A stretch of DNA of 32,000 bases. Source: Sinorhizobium meliloti (GTDB taxonomy: Bacteria > Pseudomonadota > Alphaproteobacteria > Rhizobiales > Rhizobiaceae). The translations under genes were made by a program, and so were the position numbers. Below the pieces are notes generated by a model. That model worked only from the letters and a program-made list of their open reading frames with translations. It was not told where the DNA came from and searched no databases. This document shows, piece by piece, positions 26,370 to 32,000 of the stretch. Every line of letters begins with the position of its first letter. Positions within the stretch are counted from its first letter, which is position 1. The stretch is taken from contig NZ_JAGIOS010000001.1 of assembly GCF_017876815.1 (NCBI RefSeq), positions 300,001-332,000 on the forward strand, read 5' to 3'.

Positions 26370-27470
26370 TCAGGCCTCGATCTGGACGTCGCTTGTCGGC
26401 CGCGAACAGCAGGCGAGGATGTAGCCCTCCTCGATCTCGTCGTCGAGAATGCCGCCATTGTGGTTCATCTCGACGTCGCCGGCGATCTTCAACACCCGGC
26501 ACGTTCCGCAGATGCCGCCCTCGCAGGCGGCCCCGATCCTGACACCGTTGGCGCGGGCCGTCTGCAGGATCGTCTGGCCGGGAACGGCGGTCGCTTCCTT
26601 GCCGCTCATGGTAAAGGTCACCCGCGCCGCCCCGGCCCCGGCATCGGCGGTAGGCCCGGCCCGAATTGCAAGCTCCTCGGCCGCTGGCGCCGCGGCGGGC
26701 TGGAAACTCTCCTGGTGGTAACGGGCCATGTCGAAGCCCGCCGCTTCCAGCATTGCCCGAACATTGCCCATGAACGGCTCGGGCCCGCAGCAGAAGACGG
26801 TTCTTTCCAGGAAATCCGGTGCGAGCATCGGCAGCTTCGCCGCGTCTATGCGCCCGCGCAGACCATGCCAGCCATGCCGCGCCTCATGCCCCTCCACGAG
26901 GAAGCCGAGATTGAGCCCCGGCATCTGACGGGCGAGAACTTCGAGCTCCGATCTGAAGAGGAGATCGTCCGGGCGCCGGGCGCAGGAAATGAAGGTGACA
27001 TCCGTTTCCGGCGCGCAGTCGGCCATCCAGCGCGTCATCGACATCATCGGCGTGACGCCCGACCCCGCCGATATGAAGAGATATTTTTCACCGGGATGAC
27101 GGACGAAGCTGAAATCGCCGAGCGGCCCGAACGCCTTGAGCATCATGCCCGGCTTCAGATTGTCGAACATCCAGCGGGTGCCGATGCTTCCCGGCTGCGC
27201 CTTGACCGTGACCGCGACCGAAAGCGGGCGCGAGGGCGAGGATGACAGCGTATAGGTGCGCATCACCGGCTTGGCTGCGACGGGCAGTTCGAGTGTCACG
27301 AACTGCCCCGGCAGGTAGCGGAACCAGGCCGGCTTGTCGGAGCGGAAGGTGAAGGTCATCACGTCAGCGGTTTCGGCTACGGCCGACATGCACTCCAGCA
27401 TGTGCTGACGGTCTCTCCAGGGATCGAGCTCGTCGAAATGGCGAAAGGAGCGAGGCATTTCCATGGTCAT
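26370..27470 (-). CDS. oxygenase reductase subunit: FNR-type FAD/NAD(P)-binding domain fused to a plant-type [2Fe-2S] ferredoxin (GbcB-like)
   Basis: RTYTLSS (FAD), GSGVTPMMS (NAD) and CEGGICGTCRV...ACC (2Fe-2S). Its ATG at 27470 overlaps the upstream gene's TGA (ATGA). Confidence 0.85.
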   Translation of the reverse strand: MTMEMPRSFRHFDELDPWRDRQHMLECMSAVAETADVMTFTFRSDKPAWFRYLPGQFVTLELPVAAKPVMRTYTLSSSPSRPLSVAVTVKAQPGSIGTRWMFDNLKPGMMLKAFGPLGDFSFVRHPGEKYLFISAGSGVTPMMSMTRWMADCAPETDVTFISCARRPDDLLFRSELEVLARQMPGLNLGFLVEGHEARHGWHGLRGRIDAAKLPMLAPDFLERTVFCCGPEPFMGNVRAMLEAAGFDMARYHQESFQPAAAPAAEELAIRAGPTADAGAGAARVTFTMSGKEATAVPGQTILQTARANGVRIGAACEGGICGTCRVLKIAGDVEMNHNGGILDDEIEEGYILACCSRPTSDVQIEA

Positions 27471-28711
27471 GCCACCCGCGAGAGATGCGCGGCCCCGCCC
27501 TGAAGGCGGTCCAGCATGAAGCTCGAATACCACTCGACGAACTGCATGACGCCGCCCTCGTGTTCGGCGGAATAAGGACCCGGCTCATAGGCGGGCGAGC
27601 GGATTCCGAAGGCGTTTTCCTCGACGATCTGCCGGTCCTGATCGTTGGTCTCCGTCCAGACGTGCGTCAGCTCGTCTATCGTGTAGTCGACGCCCTCCAC
27701 CGCATCCTTGTTGACCAGCCATTTGGTCGTAACCTCAGTCAGTTCCGGCCCGAGCGGCAGAACGCGGAAGGTGATCGCATGGTCGCCGAGAATGTGGTTC
27801 CAGGTCGTCGGATAATGGAAGAGGAGCAGCGTCCCGATGCCATCGGCGTCTACGCCGGCGGAGAGTTGCTTGCGGACGGCCTTCTGTCCGGACATCGTAT
27901 AGCTCTCGGCGCCGTTGATCAGCGGCATTCTCGTCATGCGGAACTGGCCCGTGGGCGCGATTTTGAAGGCGCTCGGAAGGCCCGCCGCCTCGCATTTCTG
28001 CCAGTGGGCGCCGATTTCCGGATCGTTCATCGCCCCCTGGACACCGGTTACGGTCGGCGCTTCCGGATAGGTACGGCAGAGTTCCGGATGATTGGCGGCG
28101 CAGTGGTAACACTCGCGATTGTTCTCCCAGACCAGCTTCCAATTGCCCTTCTCGACGATGGTGCTCTCGAAGGCGACCTTCGTTTCCCCCAGGCGATGCG
28201 GCGCGAGATAGGCCGCGACCGTCTCGCGGAACGGCCGGAAGTCCATCGGGTGTTCGGCAAGACTGATGAAGATGTAACCGCCGACGGTCTCGCAGTGGAT
28301 CGGCTTCAGACTGTGCTCGGCCGGGTCGAAGCCCTCGGGCATCTGCCGCGCGAAGAGCAGGCGGCCGTCGAGTTCGTAGGTCCACTGGTGGTAGGGACAG
28401 ACGAGTTTGGCGGATGAGCCTTTGTGCTGCGTGCAGACGCGCGAGCCGCGATGGCGGCACGAATTGTGCAGTGCCCGGACCGCGCCCTGCCTGTCTCGAA
28501 CGATAACGACCGGGTAATCGCCGACCTGCGCCGTGAAATAGTTCCCCGGCCGCGGGACTTCGCAATCATGGCCGATGAACAGCCAATCCTTGTACCAGAT
28601 CTGCTCCAGGTCCTGACGGTAATAATCAGCATCGACGTAGAAGGCGCGGTCGAGGCTGTAGCCTTCGCGACGGGTCTTCAGCTTGCGCAGCATTTCGGTC
28701 TGAATTTCCAT
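27467..28711 (-). CDS. Rieske [2Fe-2S] non-haem-iron oxygenase subunit, GbcA/Stc2-like N-methyl (betaine-type) demethylase family
   Basis: Rieske motif CRHRGSRVC...CPYHQW and the mononuclear-iron region NNRECYHCAANHPEL. Paired with a reductase, as in two-component betaine/carnitine monooxygenases. The substrate is not determinable from sequence. Start at the ATG at 28711 (MEIQTEML), preceded by GAGGA. Confidence 0.85.
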   Translation of the reverse strand: MEIQTEMLRKLKTRREGYSLDRAFYVDADYYRQDLEQIWYKDWLFIGHDCEVPRPGNYFTAQVGDYPVVIVRDRQGAVRALHNSCRHRGSRVCTQHKGSSAKLVCPYHQWTYELDGRLLFARQMPEGFDPAEHSLKPIHCETVGGYIFISLAEHPMDFRPFRETVAAYLAPHRLGETKVAFESTIVEKGNWKLVWENNRECYHCAANHPELCRTYPEAPTVTGVQGAMNDPEIGAHWQKCEAAGLPSAFKIAPTGQFRMTRMPLINGAESYTMSGQKAVRKQLSAGVDADGIGTLLLFHYPTTWNHILGDHAITFRVLPLGPELTEVTTKWLVNKDAVEGVDYTIDELTHVWTETNDQDRQIVEENAFGIRSPAYEPGPYSAEHEGGVMQFVEWYSSFMLDRLQGGAAHLSRVA

Positions 28712-28836
28712 GCCCTTGTCCTCGTTTTTCCGCCGTTTCGGAGAGGCAGGACTGGAACCCGCGCCGGCCGCATGGACCCGCAACGCAATTGGCTCCGATC
28801 CGGCTGCCCGCCGCAACCAGCTACGGTCTATTTCTG

Positions 28837-29016
28837 CTTCAAGGCTGGTTTCCGGGCTCTGGAGCCGTCCGCAAGGGACCTGCCCGGCGCCTTCCCGGAC
28901 GCGGTGTCCAGTGGCCTTCTGCCGTGGCTGTTCGCTCCACCACCGTTGCGGGGGCAGCGCCGGGATTTGACCGGCTTCCCAATTCTCCGCCCTCCCTTCG
29001 AGGCGGCACCTTGAGT
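28837..29016 (-). promoter_or_regulatory. cobalamin (B12) riboswitch aptamer
   Basis: The minus strand reads CUCAAGGUGCC...GGGAAGCCGGUCAAAUCCCGGCGCUGCCCCCGCAACGGUG...GCCACUGG...CCGGGAAGGC...GAGCCCGGAAACCAGCCUUGAAG. All hallmark core blocks are present, the B12 box matches 14/16 of my remembered consensus, and a closing P1 forms (UCAAGG/CCUUGA). It sits ~125 nt upstream of the Rieske oxygenase start. Confidence 0.85.
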
Positions 29017-29348
29017 GTCCTCATCTAAGCCTGAGGACCGGCCCGGCAACTGCCAATAGACGACATCCGATTCCAGAAAGACGACAGCCAGACGCGACAC
29101 AATCGGCACGAAGGCATGCAATATTATCCATAACAAACAAGGAAGTAGATGAATCCCTGCGCAGCTGGAGGATTTTTCGGCAGCGCCGTTCATGGCGCGA
29201 AGGCGAGTGGCCATTCTGCGACACGGCCCGCCAACACAAGGGTCTGATCGACGCCGGCCCGGACATACCGGGACCAATTCGTTAACTGTGATGATTTAAC
29301 GTTCGCGGCGATCAACCCGCTTGCGGACAGGATGGCGCGACGACGCTC

Positions 29349-29942
29349 ATGGCAAAACTCCGATATTACGACGCTGCCGACAAGGCGGCCGCACCGCCGA
29401 AAGCCAAGGCTCACACCGAGTTCCTGCGGACCGGCCGGATCGATAGACGCCGGTGGATGCCGAACGAGCGACAGTATCTGAGTTATGCCGAGGTGGCGCA
29501 GCAGACGGCGCGGAAGCTGACGACAGCGGGCGAGACGACCCACAGGCGAATCAACGGGTTTCATGCCTCGATCCAGTTCCCGAAGATGGTTTTCCATCGC
29601 ACGCTCCCCAGCAGTCCGCATCTCGGCTATTGCCACGTGACCGCCGCGAAAACCTGCCTCGCCAATGGTCATGAGATCACCTGGTCCTTTTATTTCGCGA
29701 ACTTCTTCTGCGAGCTCGGGAACGAGACCCATTTCTTCGACCGTATCCAGCCGGGCTACTCGCGCATGTATTTCGCCGTCGCGATCGAGCCCGACGCCAG
29801 CGAGGAACGGATCGTCGTCAACCGCAACGTGCGCGGCAACGGGCTGATTTTCCGGACGCAGGATCCGAAGGTGGCGCTGAAGAACGTGCTGATGCTCGGC
29901 GCACGCGACGAAGCCTTGCGCCGGATCGTTCGCAGCCTTTGA
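29349..29942 (+). CDS. hypothetical protein (197 aa), no family recognised
   Basis: Codon third positions are strongly G/C-biased in this frame. Amino-acid composition is normal (Y, F, N, K, H present). The overlapping antisense ORF 29190-29945 is Arg/Gly/Leu-rich and shadow-like. Start uncertain because there is no good SD. Confidence 0.55.
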   Translation: MAKLRYYDAADKAAAPPKAKAHTEFLRTGRIDRRRWMPNERQYLSYAEVAQQTARKLTTAGETTHRRINGFHASIQFPKMVFHRTLPSSPHLGYCHVTAAKTCLANGHEITWSFYFANFFCELGNETHFFDRIQPGYSRMYFAVAIEPDASEERIVVNRNVRGNGLIFRTQDPKVALKNVLMLGARDEALRRIVRSL

Positions 29943-30007
29943 CAAAGAAAATCGTTCTGTTTTTGCGGTCGCTCCGTTAAGGAAGCGACGGAAAGGATCA
30001 GAACGCC

Positions 30008-30982
30008 ATGGCCGAAATCATCGACACGCGCATCGAACCTGAGCGGGCAATCGAGAAAGCCTGCGCGGTTCTTTCGGACGGCGAACCGGTCGCGATCCCG
30101 ACGGAGACCGTATACGGCCTTGCCGCCGATGCCACGACCCCCGATGCGATCAGCCGCATCTATGAGATGAAGGGGCGGCCGCGGTTCAATCCGCTGATTT
30201 GCCACGTCTGCGATCTGGCGATGGCAGAGGCGCATGTGACCTTCGATCCGGTTTCGAGACGTCTGGCCGAGGCCTTCTGGCCCGGCCCCCTCACGCTGAT
30301 CCTGCCGCAGCGGCGGGAGAGCACCGTGCACACGCTCGCATCCGCCGGTCTCGATACGCTCGGAATTCGCATGCCCGACGGCTTCTCGCGCCGGGTGATC
30401 GCCCGGTTCGGGCGGCCTTTGGCAGCGCCGAGCGCCAACACGTCGGGCAAGATCAGCCCCACCAGTGCGGCCCATGTGCAGGCGGATCTCGGTTCCAGGC
30501 TGAAGCTCATCCTCGACGCGGGGCCGGCCGCGATCGGCCTGGAATCGACCATCGTCAAGGTCGAGAACGGAAGGTTGCGGCTGCTGAGGCCCGGGGGGCT
30601 CGACGCGGCAGAGATCGAAGCGCTGACCGGGCTCGCCATCGAGCGCCCGGAGGCCGCCGGCGCTGTCATCGAGGCGCCCGGCATGCTCGCCTCGCATTAC
30701 GCTCCCGGTGCCGCTGTGCGGCTCGATGCCGATGAGGTCCGGAAGGGAGAAGCCCTGATCCGCTTCGGCGGAGAGGCGCTTCCCGGTGAAGCCGATGCCG
30801 CGATCGTCCTGGATCTCAGTCCGGGCGGCAGCCTGCGGGAAGCCGCGGCCAATCTTTTCGACTATATGAAAAAAGCGGATGCCAGCGGCGCCGCGACCAT
30901 CGCTTTCGGCCCGATCCCGAGCGAGGGGCTCGGCGAGGCGATAATCGACCGGCTGCAGCGCGCGGCCGCGCCGCGGGGCTGA
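30008..30982 (+). CDS. L-threonylcarbamoyladenylate synthase, Sua5/TsaC type with C-terminal Sua5 domain
   Basis: PTETVYGLAADA, KGRPRFNPLICHV, RMP and APSANTSGKISPT motifs. Confidence 0.9.
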   Translation: MAEIIDTRIEPERAIEKACAVLSDGEPVAIPTETVYGLAADATTPDAISRIYEMKGRPRFNPLICHVCDLAMAEAHVTFDPVSRRLAEAFWPGPLTLILPQRRESTVHTLASAGLDTLGIRMPDGFSRRVIARFGRPLAAPSANTSGKISPTSAAHVQADLGSRLKLILDAGPAAIGLESTIVKVENGRLRLLRPGGLDAAEIEALTGLAIERPEAAGAVIEAPGMLASHYAPGAAVRLDADEVRKGEALIRFGGEALPGEADAAIVLDLSPGGSLREAAANLFDYMKKADASGAATIAFGPIPSEGLGEAIIDRLQRAAAPRG

Positions 30983-31029
30983 TGGCCATCGGCACGCTTG
31001 AAGCAACCACGTTGATCCGAGGCAGGGCC

Positions 31030-32000
31030 ATGACCACCGTACTTCCTTCTCCCGAACTCATCGCCTCCTTCGTCGATATCGTCGGGCCTGGCAATGCCCT
31101 CACCGCACCCGCCGACACGGCACCCTACCTCGTCGAGTCCCGCGGGCTCTACCGCGGCACGACGCCGCTCGTGCTCAGGCCCGGCTCCGTCGAGGAAGTT
31201 TCGCTGGTGATGCGGCTTGCGAGTCAGACCCGAACGGCAGTCGTGCCGCAGGGCGGCAATACCGGACATGTGGCCGGACAGATTCCACGCGAGGGCAAAG
31301 CCGACGTGGTCCTTTCCCTCGAGCGGCTGAACCGCATCCGCGACATCGACCCGGTCGGCAACGTGATCGTGGCCGACGCCGGCTGTATCCTGGCGGACAT
31401 CCAGAAGGCCGCCGATGACGTCGACCGGCTTTTTCCCCTGTCACTCGGCTCGGAAGGCTCTGCCCGGATCGGCGGCAATCTTTCGACCAATGCCGGCGGC
31501 ACTGCCGTGCTTGCCTATGGGAACATGCGCCAGCTCTGCCTGGGGCTGGAAGTCGTGCTCCCGACCGGGGAGATCTGGGATGGGCTCAGACGCCTCAGGA
31601 AGGACAATACCGGCTACGATCTGCGCGATCTTTTCATCGGCGCCGAGGGAACGCTCGGCGTCATAACCGGCGCCGTTTTGAAGCTCTTTCCGAAACCGCG
31701 CGGCCACCAGGTGGCCTTTGCCGGCCTCAGGAGCGTCGAGGACGCACTTACGCTTTTCGATCGGGCAACAAGCGTCTGCGGGCCGGCCCTGACGGGCTTC
31801 GAACTGATGCCGCGGCTCGGCATCGAGTTCACCACCCGGCACATCGCCGGCGTCAGAGATCCGATGGAAACGACGCATCCGTGGTACGCGCTGATCGATA
31901 TCTCCACCTCGGATACCGCCGAAAGCGCGGAACGGATGGTGCAAGACCTTCTCGAAGCCGTCATTGCCGACGGTCTCGTCGAAAACGCGGTCATCGCCCA
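31030..32000 (+). CDS. FAD-linked oxidoreductase (GlcD / D-2-hydroxyacid dehydrogenase-like), 3' end beyond the window
   Basis: Manual translation from the ATG at 31030 (GAGG upstream) gives MTTVLPSPELIASFVDIVGPGNALT...VVPQGGNTGHVAGQIP...GSARIGGNLSTNAGG...RKDNTGYDLRDLFIGAEGTLGVIT. These are FAD_binding_4 (PCMH-type) hallmarks. Absent from the track because there is no in-window stop. Confidence 0.85.
   Translation, partial: MTTVLPSPELIASFVDIVGPGNALTAPADTAPYLVESRGLYRGTTPLVLRPGSVEEVSLVMRLASQTRTAVVPQGGNTGHVAGQIPREGKADVVLSLERLNRIRDIDPVGNVIVADAGCILADIQKAADDVDRLFPLSLGSEGSARIGGNLSTNAGGTAVLAYGNMRQLCLGLEVVLPTGEIWDGLRRLRKDNTGYDLRDLFIGAEGTLGVITGAVLKLFPKPRGHQVAFAGLRSVEDALTLFDRATSVCGPALTGFELMPRLGIEFTTRHIAGVRDPMETTHPWYALIDISTSDTAESAERMVQDLLEAVIADGLVENAVIA

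Noticed and set aside
29149-29247. 32-codon small ORF (MNPCAAGGFFGSAVHGAKASGHSATRPANTRV) with AAGGAAG upstream
   Set aside because: Third-position GC is much lower than in real genes here. The SD-to-ATG spacing is only ~3 nt. There is no recognisable peptide family.
29280-29301. CtrA-box-like TTAA...TTAAC
   Set aside because: The spacer is 10 nt rather than the 7 nt of TTAA-N7-TTAAC. It is retained only as an unexplained inverted repeat, mentioned under the orphan ORF finding.
29190-29945. 251-aa minus-strand ORF competing with the + ORF 29349-29942
   Set aside because: Third-codon-position G/C bias and amino-acid composition favour the + frame. The minus frame is Arg/Leu/Gly-rich. Confidence is only moderate because neither has a recognised family.

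Overview
High-GC alphaproteobacterial chromosome segment. Gene content and order look Rhizobiaceae, Sinorhizobium/Ensifer-like, but that is recollection of synteny, not a search. The window is densely packed with about 30 recognisable housekeeping or metabolic genes. In order: polysaccharide deacetylase (partial), SPOR-tailed D-Ala-D-Ala carboxypeptidase, tldD, a YcaQ-family glycosylase, and the biotin ECF transporter bioMNY followed tightly by an acyl-CoA ligase and a thiolase-like gene. Then a hotdog thioesterase, an MDR reductase, an HDAC-family protein, xseB, pirin, dxs, tlyA, a RumA-type methyltransferase, and a dCache chemoreceptor (probably mcpU). Then an enoyl-CoA hydratase plus acyl-CoA dehydrogenase operon, a ZntB/CorA-type transporter, a BA14K protein, a secreted GH25 muramidase, a Rieske oxygenase plus FNR/ferredoxin reductase pair (GbcAB-like), one orphan ORF, Sua5/TsaC, and a partial FAD-linked oxidoreductase. 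I found no rRNA, tRNA, CRISPR array, transposase, integrase or phage/defence module. I cannot support a claim of a novel multi-gene system here. Four things are worth a second look. (1) A clear cobalamin riboswitch lies on the minus strand in the leader of the Rieske oxygenase/reductase operon. (2) A ~595-bp non-coding repeat mosaic between zntB and the BA14K gene is bracketed by a 37/38-nt direct duplication of the BA14K 3' end. It contains a perfect 36-bp inverted repeat and apparent relics of gene ends. (3) The bioMNY cluster appears to run on into a ligase and a thiolase paralog that lacks the C-terminal catalytic Cys. (4) A family of short GC-rich palindromic intergenic repeats occurs at several sites. 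Most long ORFs in the six-frame track are antisense shadow ORFs, as expected for high-GC DNA, and were rejected.
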